NCBI GenBank assembly: GCA_033763315.1
Contig: JANRKS010000023.1
Span: 32,001 to 96,000, forward strand
Direction of reading: 5' to 3'
DNA length: 64,000 nucleotides
Source: Deltaproteobacteria bacterium
GTDB taxonomy: Bacteria > Myxococcota_A > Polyangia > Fen-1088
Part shown: positions 12,946 to 22,471 of the stretch, piece by piece
Layout of the letters: every line of letters begins with the position of its first letter
Position numbering within the stretch: position 1 is the first letter of the stretch
Notes under the pieces: model-generated
Told to the model about the DNA's origin: nothing
Seen by the model: the letters and a program-made list of their open reading frames with translations, nothing else
The model's database searches: none
Translations under genes and position numbers: made by a program

Positions 12946-13724
12946 GGCAGAGGTTCCTCTGTTTGGGGCGATGCGGACGCGGCTCGGGCCATTTTCGAGA
13001 GGAAGATCATCGATTTGAGCGGCCCGCCCACGTGGTGTTCGATGAACGGCATAACAATTCCGCGACACGCGCGGGTGATCAGAGGCGACAAACACAGCAC
13101 GCTTACCTCCGCCAAGTCGGCACTGGCCAACGTCCGCAACGCCTTTATGACCTCGCCCGTCACAACCAAGCCACGGCTCCCGCACTCGGGACAAAGCAAT
13201 AGGCCCGACTCCGGCACCCAACGGCCACCCCTTGAAAGAAGGTCGGTTCGGCCGCAGGCGCCGCACCGATCAAAGGGAGGCGCCAGCCCGAGCCTTTCGA
13301 GGAGGCCTAGCTCAAAACAGCGCAGCCGTTCGGCCGACGGCGGCGCGCGTTCGAGCAAGTCAAGCATTGTGTCCAGCCAGTGAAAAACCTCGCTGTCGCC
13401 ACCGTGCCCTTGCACCAAACGCTCGACCAACTCACACGCATAGGCCGCATGCGCGGCTTTGACCAAATCGGCTCCGAGATCCGTGCGAGGTTTCGTCACC
13501 TCGAAACTTTCTAACGACCAAAGATCACCGCCGCGCTCGCGTAAAGTCACATTGCCGAGGGCCGCGGTGCCAACACCCGAAAAACGTCGCACGCTCTTGC
13601 GGGCGCCTCGGGCCAAAGCAGAGATCTTACCCACGTCGCGCGCGAGCAACGTCACCACGCGATCGGCCTCTTGGAAGTTCACCGTCCGAAGAACCAAAGC
13701 TTCGGTCTGCACCAGAGGCAACAT
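12942..13724 (-). CDS. recO: DNA repair protein RecO
   Basis: EALVLRTVNFQEADRVVTLL...GKISALARGARKS. Zn-finger CGAC...CPEC. Confidence 0.95.
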   Translation of the reverse strand: MLPLVQTEALVLRTVNFQEADRVVTLLARDVGKISALARGARKSVRRFSGVGTAALGNVTLRERGGDLWSLESFEVTKPRTDLGADLVKAAHAAYACELVERLVQGHGGDSEVFHWLDTMLDLLERAPPSAERLRCFELGLLERLGLAPPFDRCGACGRTDLLSRGGRWVPESGLLLCPECGSRGLVVTGEVIKALRTLASADLAEVSVLCLSPLITRACRGIVMPFIEHHVGGPLKSMIFLSKMARAASASPQTEEPLP

Positions 13725-13759
13725 GGGCCGAGCATAGCGCAGCCGACTGGGATGCGGCT

Positions 13760-14278
13760 TTAACCGAGCGGGAGCCAGCGGGCGATGGCCGCCGCCACGG
13801 GGGCGGCGGTGTGTTCCAGCTGGCTCAAGCCTTCTCCCGGAGGGGGCGGCTGTTGCAACAGATATGACAGCGCCACGATCGAGATCACCAGCACCACCAC
13901 CACAAATATCGCCAGCCCCACAGGCTTGCGCGCGATCTCAGGTTCGGCGGGCGGCCCATCTACGGGCAAAAGCTCGTGAGTGGCGCCCGTGACCACAACC
14001 GCCAGGTCGTCTTCTATGCGCCGGCGGGATGCCAGTTCAGCATCCAGCAAACCCAGGGGCTCCGCTTCCGGAACGCCTATGGCCCGCGCGTAGGAACGGA
14101 CAAAACCGCGAACAAAAATCTCGGGGGGCAGTTCAGACCAGCACGCCCGTTCGAGCGCCTGCAAACACGACTGAGAAACCTTGATCGATTCAGACACCGA
14201 AGCGAGCGATATCTCTTTCCGCTCGCGCGCTTCGCGCAGAAGGGTTCCGAAGTGTTTGTCTGTCCCAAGTTCGGTCAT
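13760..14278 (-). CDS. RodZ-like N-terminal HTH membrane protein
   Basis: FGTLLREARERKEISL...LPPEIFVRGFVRSYARAIG followed by a TM helix. Confidence 0.88.
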   Translation of the reverse strand: MTELGTDKHFGTLLREARERKEISLASVSESIKVSQSCLQALERACWSELPPEIFVRGFVRSYARAIGVPEAEPLGLLDAELASRRRIEDDLAVVVTGATHELLPVDGPPAEPEIARKPVGLAIFVVVVLVISIVALSYLLQQPPPPGEGLSQLEHTAAPVAAAIARWLPLG

Positions 14279-14285
14279 TGCTGCA

Positions 14286-15128
14286 TCATCTCGGCTGAAT
14301 CATCTCGGCGTAGCGTCGGCATTCACCCGCCACACAGCTCTTCGCACCCAAGCTGGTGCAGCGTGCGAACATATCGAGCGCGCGGTCGCGGTCGTTGCGC
14401 TTCTCAGCCACCATGCCGGCCAACAGGAACGCCTCTTGAATGGGGCACTTTGCATCCGCCGTCACCGCTGCAAGGTGCTCGTCGGCAAGTTCCATTTGGC
14501 CGCGATCCACCAGCACCTTGGCCAGCCGGTAACGACCCACGCAAAAACCGGGTTGCCGTGACACGGCGTCCTGCAGTTCGCGCCACGCCTTCTGCAGATC
14601 GTGCTTCTTATAGTAGGCCCACCCTAGGTTGCCGCGTGCGACGTGCGGCGCTCCGTAAGTGCCCACTTTGAGGGCCGCCGTGGACGCCTCGATGGCTGCA
14701 TCCCACTCCTGCAGGTTCAGCTCGGTCACCGAAAGGTTGTTCCAAGCCTCGGCGAAATCAGGTCGTATCGAGGTGGCTTTGGCGAACGAATTCCGTGCGT
14801 CACGAAAACGCTTAGAGGCATCAAGGCGCACCATCTCGGCGTCGTTGCCCCGAACGCAGGACAGCGTCTCGACTTGGGCTTCGTATTCAGCGCCTTGGCG
14901 CAACGCGATAATACCGAGCATATTGTGCGCGTCGGCATTATCAGGGTCAGCCTTTAGTGCTTGTTCCAATTCTCCCACGGCCGCTTCCATGCGGTTTGCC
15001 TCGTACGAACTGACCGCGACCTGGAAAAGTTTGTACGACTGGTCCGCGTCCTTTTTCGGACGTGAAGCACAAGCCAGCCCTGAAGTGAGGGCGCTGGTGA
15101 TCGCCAGTGTTGCCAAAATCTTTCCCAA
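14286..15128 (-). CDS. tgl: Tgl/PilF-like TPR lipoprotein (type IV pilus secretin pilotin)
   Basis: Lipobox GLAC. TPRs (ADAHNMLG, AEAWNNL, ARGNLGWAYY). Cys-rich C-terminus (PGFCVG). Tgl-HTH-recO order as I recall from myxobacteria. Start uncertain (TTG 15128 or 15116). Confidence 0.75.
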   Translation of the reverse strand: MGKILATLAITSALTSGLACASRPKKDADQSYKLFQVAVSSYEANRMEAAVGELEQALKADPDNADAHNMLGIIALRQGAEYEAQVETLSCVRGNDAEMVRLDASKRFRDARNSFAKATSIRPDFAEAWNNLSVTELNLQEWDAAIEASTAALKVGTYGAPHVARGNLGWAYYKKHDLQKAWRELQDAVSRQPGFCVGRYRLAKVLVDRGQMELADEHLAAVTADAKCPIQEAFLLAGMVAEKRNDRDRALDMFARCTSLGAKSCVAGECRRYAEMIQPR

Positions 15129-15186
15129 GCTCCCTTCCCGTTTCCCGAGAGTTCTTAAGGGGTTACGGTTAATTACAGCGGGCGCG

Positions 15187-15215
15187 ACGCTAACAGGACG
15201 GGGCAATTGCGTCAA
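15187..15215 (-). promoter_or_regulatory. Putative sigma70 promoter for the tgl-HTH-recO operon
   Basis: TTGACG-17 nt-TAGCGT on the minus strand. Confidence 0.5.
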
Positions 15216-15340
15216 TCCAAAAATTTGACCTTCGGCGCGTTTTGTGACGCTTCGAAACCGTCCGGTCCGTAACAACCGTGTGACGTTTCCAGCAAAGCGA
15301 CGCATCGTAAATATGACCAAACTTCTACGCGCGGCGAACG

Positions 15341-15976
15341 TCATACGCCCTGGGCGTCGGCGCCCCAGATGTACTTGTGCAGCTGCAGGTTGAGCCGCAC
15401 GTCCAGGCGGTCGCGCAGCATCCACTGCACCAGCTCGCGGGGATCCACCTGCCCATGCACGGGGGCAAGCAAGACTTGCGTCTTCTTCGTGAGGTCCTTG
15501 GCCAAAATGAGGTCCTTGGCCCACACATAGTCAGCCTCGCTGCCCAAGACAAACTTGATAGCGTCCTTAGGGCCCAGCGGATCAAGGGCCCGGGGGTGCA
15601 TTCGGTGCGCCTCCCCGGAAGTGGGGGTTTTGACGTCGACGATTTTCGCCACGGCGGCCGGCAAAGCATCCACGGGATGCGCCCCACCCGTCTCAATCAT
15701 CACCTGGAACCCCTCGGCCAGGAGCAGTTCTGATAGCGCGATGATTTCACGTTGAAGCATTGGTTCACCGCCCGTCAGCAAAACCAAGCGGGGGCCCAGC
15801 CGTTTCGCTTCGGCCAAGATCTCTTCGAGCGACATGTCCTTGCCGCCATAAAACGAATAAGCGGTGTCACAGTACGTGCATCGCAGGTCGCAACCGGTTG
15901 TACGAATCAACGTACAGGGAAGCCCAGCGTATTGCGTCTCGCCTTGGACGCTGGCGTAGATCTCCGTGATGCGCAT
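15341..15976 (-). CDS. queE: 7-carboxy-7-deazaguanine synthase (radical SAM)
   Basis: ITEIYASVQGE, RTTGCDLRCTYCDT, LTGGEPMLQ, LQLHKYIW. Confidence 0.93.
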   Translation of the reverse strand: MRITEIYASVQGETQYAGLPCTLIRTTGCDLRCTYCDTAYSFYGGKDMSLEEILAEAKRLGPRLVLLTGGEPMLQREIIALSELLLAEGFQVMIETGGAHPVDALPAAVAKIVDVKTPTSGEAHRMHPRALDPLGPKDAIKFVLGSEADYVWAKDLILAKDLTKKTQVLLAPVHGQVDPRELVQWMLRDRLDVRLNLQLHKYIWGADAQGV

Positions 15977-16103
15977 ACTCGGCCGCACCTTATAGCATCG
16001 TTTCGGCATCGAACAGGGCGCGCGCGTCCGCCCTTCGAACAAACGAAATCAACCGCAGCGCCCGCGAGCCCTTACAACTTTCAGGCGATATACTTGGAGC
16101 ACC

Positions 16104-16934
16104 GTGAATCACCTCATCGCTTACATCGGTAACGAGCCCGAGCTGTTGTCGTGTGCACTTTTTCAAGCCCGCCCCGCTCTGTATTGGAAGGACCCAAGCC
16201 ACCCAGACGGTTGGGGCATGGGCTTCGTGCAAGGTGAAGAAGTTCTGTTGCAGAAGCGGCCCCGCCCTGAGGTGGCCGAGGTGGACTTTTATGCCTTAAC
16301 CAAAGATCTACGGGCGGACGCCCTTGTGGGCCGCGTGGGTCTGGACGACGGCGGCAGCGTGGCGGCTGAAAACAGCGATCCTTTCCGCTTTCGATCTTGG
16401 TTGTTCGGCGCCATCGGCCACATCGAGGGCTTTGAGGCTGTCCGTGAGCGGCTCCTGCAAAGTGTGCCCGAGTTCTTGCGCCGCAACATCCGCGGCCGTT
16501 CTGCAGATGAACATCTGTTTCATTTGTTCTTGGCGTTCCTTCACGACGCCGGCCTGCTTGACGTCCGCGCGCCTGAGGGCGTGCCGGTGCAGTTCGCGTT
16601 GCACCAAAGCGTGGGCTTTCTCGATAAGTTGCTGGCAGCGGACTTGGCCAAGCTTGCCTTGGTGGTCACAAACGGCCGCAGCTTGGTGGCGGAAACACGC
16701 GGCGTTCAGATGCAATACCTTGAAGTGGCAGGCATCGCAGATTGTTCCAACCCCGCGTGTCCCAAACGGCGTGGGTATGGCGACAAGGCCCACCGCGTGG
16801 CACACCCCGAAGTGCGCGCCGTGGTGATCGAAGCCGACGAAAAACTTACCCCACGCTCGGGTTGGGCTGTGGTGCCCGATGGTCACTCTTTGATCGTGGG
16901 GCTCGATCGCGTCGTGTCGGTTAAGGCAAATTAA
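16104..16934 (+). CDS. Class II glutamine amidotransferase family (EgtC/YafJ-like) protein lacking the N-terminal Cys
   Basis: DGWGMGF, ENSDPFRFRSWLF, NIRGRSADEHLFHLFL. GTG start after a GGAG RBS gives MNHL instead of MCRL. Confidence 0.8.
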   Translation: MNHLIAYIGNEPELLSCALFQARPALYWKDPSHPDGWGMGFVQGEEVLLQKRPRPEVAEVDFYALTKDLRADALVGRVGLDDGGSVAAENSDPFRFRSWLFGAIGHIEGFEAVRERLLQSVPEFLRRNIRGRSADEHLFHLFLAFLHDAGLLDVRAPEGVPVQFALHQSVGFLDKLLAADLAKLALVVTNGRSLVAETRGVQMQYLEVAGIADCSNPACPKRRGYGDKAHRVAHPEVRAVVIEADEKLTPRSGWAVVPDGHSLIVGLDRVVSVKAN

Positions 16935-18387
16935 CCGACGCCTCTTCGCCCGTTGTCGCTGTGCCGCCGCGCAAACCGTTGTTGCGGCGCAAGTACACGA
17001 ACACCGTTTGCACGATCGATAGCACTGGCACAGCAAACAAAGCGCCGATGAGGCCATACGTGTGTTCACCGGCCACCAGCGCAAACACCACCAATACGGG
17101 GTGAATGCGGGCAGCGGTGCCCAAGATCTTGGGGTTCAAGAAGTTTGCTTCAAGGAGGTGAATCATCACGATCCAGCCCACGAGATAAAGGCCCACCATC
17201 GGATCGAATTCGCCTCCTGACACGATGGCAATGGCAACGATGGGCACGGAGGATAGAAAGGATCCGAAGATCGGGATCAGGCTCATGATCGCGGCTATGC
17301 CGCCCAAGAGCAGCGGGTACTTCACCTTAAAGATCAACAGACCAATGTACGTAAGGATGCCGTTGACCACACAGATGGTGAGCTGGCCGCGTATGACGCC
17401 TGAGAGGCCACGGTCGATCCCGCGCGCAATGCGGTCGTAATCGCGCCGATAATTTTCGGGCACAAGGGAACGGATGAAGCCGCGCACCCGTTGCAAATCA
17501 ATGAGGATGAAAGCGGCCAACATCAACACCAGTGTGAGTTTCCACAGGCCTCCCACGATCGCAGTCACGAACTTTTGGCCGTACTCGAGCGCCCGTCGGG
17601 TTTCATTCTCGGTGCCCTGCACCTTCTCTTCGAGCCACTTCTTGATCGAACGCTCCCAGCGTCCGCCGGTTACGTGATCGTTTTCACGCGGTCGCAAGGG
17701 CATCACCACGTAGGTGCCCTTGTCTTCACCGGGACGAATCTCAAGCGCCAAGCGATCTGCAAGCCCGCCAAGCTGCAACCTGTAACGTCCATCAGGCATC
17801 GGCTCGATGAACGTATCTTCAGGGACGCTGTTGGAAGGCACAGCCGCCGTGGCCGCGTTGTCTTCATCGCCAGCACCAAAATGGCGATCAACCCATGCGC
17901 CCACCTTGGGCAAATATTCGCCGTTGACCTTGGCGAACAACTCGGGTGCCTCACGGAACAAGCGGGCAAAATCACCCGAAAGGCGGGGCACAACGAACCC
18001 AATGCCCAGACCCAAGAAGCTTAGAATGACGATGTAAAGCGCGATTACGGCGGCGCCGCGAGGCACGCGTTTGCCAGCCACCTCGATGCGCGCCATGCGG
18101 TCCACGACGGGGGCCAACAAGTACGCCACGAGGATCGCAAACACGAACGGCAACGCGATCGTGCGGAACAAGTAAACGACGAAGAGGCAAAACAAGGCGA
18201 AGCCCCACAGCTTCGCAAAGCGCTTGAGCCAAGCGACCACACGCAATGAGCGAGAGGAATCGCGCCACGTGGGTGGAGGGTTTGATTGGTCATTCGTCGC
18301 ACTCACTTCAACGGCTCCTTCGGATCGTGATCTTCGAAAGGCAAACGCCCGAGGTCTTCGGGGAGACGGCGGCTTCTTGGTGGCCAT
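16921..18387 (-). CDS. AI-2E family transporter
   Basis: PFVFAILVAYLLAPVV, VIRGQL, SLIPIFGS, LEANFLNPKILG, IHPVLVVFAL, GALFAVP. Confidence 0.92.
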   Translation of the reverse strand: MATKKPPSPRRPRAFAFRRSRSEGAVEVSATNDQSNPPPTWRDSSRSLRVVAWLKRFAKLWGFALFCLFVVYLFRTIALPFVFAILVAYLLAPVVDRMARIEVAGKRVPRGAAVIALYIVILSFLGLGIGFVVPRLSGDFARLFREAPELFAKVNGEYLPKVGAWVDRHFGAGDEDNAATAAVPSNSVPEDTFIEPMPDGRYRLQLGGLADRLALEIRPGEDKGTYVVMPLRPRENDHVTGGRWERSIKKWLEEKVQGTENETRRALEYGQKFVTAIVGGLWKLTLVLMLAAFILIDLQRVRGFIRSLVPENYRRDYDRIARGIDRGLSGVIRGQLTICVVNGILTYIGLLIFKVKYPLLLGGIAAIMSLIPIFGSFLSSVPIVAIAIVSGGEFDPMVGLYLVGWIVMIHLLEANFLNPKILGTAARIHPVLVVFALVAGEHTYGLIGALFAVPVLSIVQTVFVYLRRNNGLRGGTATTGEEASVNLP

Positions 18388-18427
18388 CGTCGTTCCCTTC
18401 TCCCCCGGGCGCTTTACCTAGAACGAA

Positions 18428-20152
18428 CTATTCGTCTTTTTTCTTCGCGGTGAGGCCCGCAAGCTTCTCGCGCATCACGTCGCCCAACGTTGCCGTGGGG
18501 ACGCCACCCGTGAAGCCCTGCACGTCGGCCAATTCTTCAGCGCGGCTGGCGCCACGGAAGGACAGGCCAATTTTGCGTTCAGCCGTATCCACCGAGATGA
18601 TCTCGGCCTTGAGCGTTGCGCCTGGGGCCACGAAGGTCTTGGCATCCTCCACGCGCTCGTCCGAGAACTCGGACACGTGGATGAGGCCTTCGACACCGCG
18701 TTCGATCTCGACGAAGGCGCCGAAGTCCAATACCTTGAGGACCTTGCACTCGACGATCTTGCCGGGCGCGTAGTCGTAAGGAATGCGATCCCATGGATCG
18801 GGAACCAGCTGCTTGATACCCAACGAAACCTTCGGCTTTTCGCCGTCGAATTCGATGTTGAGCACAACCGCTTCCACTTCCTCGCCCTTTTGGAAGAGCT
18901 CGGAGGGGTGCTTGACCCGTTGGGTCCAAGACAAGTCGGAGATGTGCACCAAGCCGTCGATGCCCTCTTCGATTTCCACGAAGATGCCGAAGTCGGCGAT
19001 GTTGCGGACGGTGCCGCGCACAACGGTTCCAGGAGGGTATTTCTCCTTGAGCGTGGCGAACGGATTGGGCTCAAGCTGCTTGATGCCCAAGCTGATGCGG
19101 TTTTGCGTGGGATCGATGTCCAACACAACCGCTTCCACCATATCGCCAATTGCGAACACCTTTGAGGGGTGCTTCACGCGGCGGGTCCATGACATTTCGG
19201 AGACGTGCACCAAACCTTCGATGCCCTGCTCGAGCTCGATGAAAGCGCCGTAATCCTTGAGCGACACAACTTTGCCGCGAACCACAGTGCCGGGCGGGTA
19301 TTTCTCGCCAGCGTTGGTCCATGGATCTTCGCTCATTTGCTTGAGGCCCAACGAAACGCGTTCGGTTTCGCTGTTGAACTTCAAGACCTTCACGCGAACG
19401 TGATCGCCCACCTGGAACAATTCAGAGGGATGCGTGACGCGGCCCCATGACATGTCCGTGATGTGAAGCAGGCCGTCGATGCCGCCCAAATCGATGAACG
19501 CGCCGTACTCGGTGAGGTTCTTGACAACGCCCTCAACGATCTGACCTTCTTTGATCCGGTCAAGCGTTTGCTCTTTGAGATCCGCGCGCTCTTTTTCAAG
19601 CAATACGCGACGAGAAAGCACGATGTTGCCGCGCTTCTTGTTGAACTTGATGACCTTGAAGCGGTGTTGCTGGCCAAGGTAGACGTCAAGGTTGCGCACG
19701 GGGCGCAAATCAACTTGAGAACCTGGCAAGAAGGCTTTAACGCCGCCGCGGATCGTGACGGACAAGCCGCCCTTCACGCGAGCGCTGATGGTGCCTTCGA
19801 TCAATTCATCCCGTTCACAGGCGGCGGAGATTTCATCCCACACCTTCAAACGATCGGCCTTTTCCTTTGAGAGGATGCACAGACCGTTTTCGTCTTCGCG
19901 TGCCTCTAAGAAAACATCAACCTCATCCCCTGCTTTGACGTCGCTCTTGCCTTCGGCGTCCGAGAACTCATGAAGTGGAATGGTGCCTTCGGACTTGTAC
20001 CCGATATCGACGACGACGAATTCTTTGCCAACCGCAATGACACGTCCTTTGACGATGTCACCCTCCTTAAGGTTGTCTTCTTTGAAGAAGTCTTCCAGCA
20101 TTGCTGCGAAGTTTTCTTCTTCGGGGAGGTTGAAGTCTTGAGTTGAAGCCAT
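18428..20152 (-). CDS. rpsA: 30S ribosomal protein S1
   Basis: Repeated S1 domains (YGAFIDLGGIDGLLHITDMSW, GLVHVSEMSW, GLVHISDLSW). Located downstream of cmk. Confidence 0.98.
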   Translation of the reverse strand: MASTQDFNLPEEENFAAMLEDFFKEDNLKEGDIVKGRVIAVGKEFVVVDIGYKSEGTIPLHEFSDAEGKSDVKAGDEVDVFLEAREDENGLCILSKEKADRLKVWDEISAACERDELIEGTISARVKGGLSVTIRGGVKAFLPGSQVDLRPVRNLDVYLGQQHRFKVIKFNKKRGNIVLSRRVLLEKERADLKEQTLDRIKEGQIVEGVVKNLTEYGAFIDLGGIDGLLHITDMSWGRVTHPSELFQVGDHVRVKVLKFNSETERVSLGLKQMSEDPWTNAGEKYPPGTVVRGKVVSLKDYGAFIELEQGIEGLVHVSEMSWTRRVKHPSKVFAIGDMVEAVVLDIDPTQNRISLGIKQLEPNPFATLKEKYPPGTVVRGTVRNIADFGIFVEIEEGIDGLVHISDLSWTQRVKHPSELFQKGEEVEAVVLNIEFDGEKPKVSLGIKQLVPDPWDRIPYDYAPGKIVECKVLKVLDFGAFVEIERGVEGLIHVSEFSDERVEDAKTFVAPGATLKAEIISVDTAERKIGLSFRGASRAEELADVQGFTGGVPTATLGDVMREKLAGLTAKKKDE

Positions 20153-20284
20153 GCAGATCCTTCGAATGTAGAGCAAGGCCAAAGGCTTTGCCCTTTGCGT
20201 TCCTTGCCTTCCCTAAAGGTGGTTCGCTGCGCAAAAGTCATTCATCAAGGCCGCCGACCATCGGCGGACATGAGAGGGGCGCGA

Positions 20285-20313
20285 AAATTAGCGTTCCCGC
20301 CTATTAAAGTCAA
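20285..20313 (-). promoter_or_regulatory. Putative sigma70 promoter of rpsA
   Basis: TTGACT-17 nt-TAATTT on the minus strand. Confidence 0.65.
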
Positions 20314-20344
20314 TGAACGGTTTAGCTGCGCCAGACGCGGCGCT

Positions 20345-21037
20345 TCAACCACCCCGGCTGCGCACGACTTTGACGAGCTGTGCCACGACCTGCTCGGGTC
20401 CGGCATGCCCGGTATCCACCTCCAACGCATCGTCGGCCTTCCTTAATGGGGCCACTGAACGCTGGCTGTCGCGCGCGTCCCGCTCTTCGATCTCTTTGAG
20501 GGTCTCTTCAACGGAGGCGGGGGTGCCTTTGGCGGCCAGTTCCGCGGCACGGCGTTCAGCCCGCACCCGGGCATCGGCCGTCAGATAAAACTTGGCTTGG
20601 GCCTGAGGAAAAACAACCGTGCCCGTGTCACGGCCCTCGGCCACCACGCGGCCACTGGCGCCCATGCGACGCTGAAGCCCCAACAGAGCGTCCCTCACGG
20701 ACGCGTGGGCCGATACCCGGGAGGCGCCTTGCGAGATCTCCGGCGTGCGGATCGCGGCTGTGACGTCGGTGCCGTTGGCGAACACGTGCACCCCACCCTG
20801 CCCAGGTGGCCCGGGTTCAAAGCGCAGGTCCATGGCCGCCGCCAAAGCCCCCAAGGGTTCGGCGTCATCCCACGCCACATTCTTCGTGCGCGCCAAGAAC
20901 GCAACGGTGCGGTAGATGGCGCCGGTATCCAGGAAAACGTAGCCCAACGCCTGCGCCAACATCCGGGCGGTGGTGGACTTTCCAGCCCCGGCTGGGCCGT
21001 CGATCGTGACAACGAAGGGGCTGGAGGTCGCGCTCAT
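20345..21037 (-). CDS. cmk: Cytidylate kinase
   Basis: VTIDGPAGAGKST, LDTGAIYR, VAEGRDTGTVVFP, ERDARDSQR. Confidence 0.96.
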   Translation of the reverse strand: MSATSSPFVVTIDGPAGAGKSTTARMLAQALGYVFLDTGAIYRTVAFLARTKNVAWDDAEPLGALAAAMDLRFEPGPPGQGGVHVFANGTDVTAAIRTPEISQGASRVSAHASVRDALLGLQRRMGASGRVVAEGRDTGTVVFPQAQAKFYLTADARVRAERRAAELAAKGTPASVEETLKEIEERDARDSQRSVAPLRKADDALEVDTGHAGPEQVVAQLVKVVRSRGG

Positions 21038-21095
21038 CGCGCGGCAACGTAGCACGCTTTTCGGTATGGGGGCCACCTCGGTATAAAATGAAAAC

Positions 21096-22040
21096 GTGAG
21101 GAAATTTGAGTCTTTCGCGCCACGCAAACGAAACCGGCTTGCATCCACGGGGCTGCTGCTTGGCACCACCTTGGCCTGGGATTCCGCGTGCCGCCAACAA
21201 CAGCCCGCCGCTCGGCCGCTCCCGAACCTCACAGCAACGGCTCGATCGACCAGCGACGCAATCGTGGCAAAGGTCAACGGCGTGCCCGTTCATCAATCTG
21301 ATGTTGAGAACCAAGCGCGCGCCGAACGCGTCAGCCCCGCCGAGGCTCTGCAGACTTTGGTCACGTTGGAAGCGCTGACCCAGCGGGCGCTCGCGCGGCG
21401 ATTGGGCACGGGGAAAGAAGCGGAACAAGGCTGGCGCCAAATTCTGGTGCAGGCTTATGTGGAACGACAAATCGAGCCGCAGCTGACGCCCGACAAAATC
21501 CCCGATGCCGTTCTGAAGCAGGTCTACGAGCGAACCAAGGATGGCTACGTGCATTCACGGTTGGTTCGAATCGCGATTGTTGATCTCTACGCTTTCGCTG
21601 GACGAGATCCGAAAAAGCGCCGGCAAGCGGCCGTTTGGGCGGCCGAATTGCCTCAGGATCTCAAACCCGATGCCACGGTTGAGGACTTAAAGGCGCTCTC
21701 GCAACAACCAAAGTGGGCGGAGCGAGGGCTAAGCTACGGCGTCACTTGGCAATCGGACAAGCAGCCCTATTCGGCCGTGGTGGCACAAGCCGTGATGGCG
21801 CTACACAACTGGGGTGAACGCACGCCGGTCGTGGAGGATGACGCCGGGTTTCATCTCGCGATGTACTACGGCGAACGGGCCCCGAATCAGCAATCATTTG
21901 AGGACGTCAAGTCCGACCTGCGGGCCGCCATTTTTGCGCCTTGGCAGCAACGCCGATTTAACGAAATCACCCAGCAATTGGCTGCCCAAGCGGGCGTCGC
22001 GGTGACTGCCGAGGCATTGTTCCGGCAACCGCTGAAATAG
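21096..22040 (+). CDS. PpiC/parvulin-like (PrsA/SurA-type) foldase, divergent
   Basis: IVAKVNGVPV, TPVVEDDAGFHL, SFEDVKSDL. Possible lipoprotein signal. Confidence 0.7.
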   Translation: MRKFESFAPRKRNRLASTGLLLGTTLAWDSACRQQQPAARPLPNLTATARSTSDAIVAKVNGVPVHQSDVENQARAERVSPAEALQTLVTLEALTQRALARRLGTGKEAEQGWRQILVQAYVERQIEPQLTPDKIPDAVLKQVYERTKDGYVHSRLVRIAIVDLYAFAGRDPKKRRQAAVWAAELPQDLKPDATVEDLKALSQQPKWAERGLSYGVTWQSDKQPYSAVVAQAVMALHNWGERTPVVEDDAGFHLAMYYGERAPNQQSFEDVKSDLRAAIFAPWQQRRFNEITQQLAAQAGVAVTAEALFRQPLK

Positions 22041-22098
22041 CAAACGCCGCCTGGCGCTCGCACAAACGAGGCCCCGGCGGCGTCGCAAACAAGGACGA

Positions 22099-22404
22099 TT
22101 AGCCTTTACGGAAACGCGACAGCGACGCGGGCAAAACGTCCAAAGCGGGAAATTTTTGGTCTGGGTGCAGCTTCTCAGCGCGTGCCAACAAAGCCGCCTC
22201 GGTTTCTTCGTGCTTTGGATCGGGCAAGCAGCACTCCACGGGGCATACCGCCTGGCACGCTTCGTGGTCGTGAAAGCCCACGCACTCGGTGCAAAGATTG
22301 GGGTCGATGACGTAGATGTCATCCCCTTCGCTGATCGCTTCGTTCGGGCACTCGGGTTCGCAAGCGCCGCAGTTGATGCATTCTTCGGTGATATGGGTGG
22401 CCAT
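22099..22404 (-). CDS. YfhL-family 2[4Fe-4S] ferredoxin
   Basis: CINCGACEPECP and CTECVGFHDHEACQAVCPVEC. Confidence 0.93.
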   Translation of the reverse strand: MATHITEECINCGACEPECPNEAISEGDDIYVIDPNLCTECVGFHDHEACQAVCPVECCLPDPKHEETEAALLARAEKLHPDQKFPALDVLPASLSRFRKG

Positions 22405-22471
22405 GAAATTCCTGTGCAGTCTAGAAACGCGGGCGACGAAGGTCAATCACCCAGGCGCCGTTGTCAACGAT

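Noticed and set aside
12946-13266. N-terminal extension of the VOC ORF
   Set aside because: Lies inside recO; the ATGA-coupled start at 12945 is more plausible.
15129-15524. N-terminal extension of the Tgl-like ORF
   Set aside because: Overlaps queE and a promoter-like sequence; the lipobox position implies a start near 15128.
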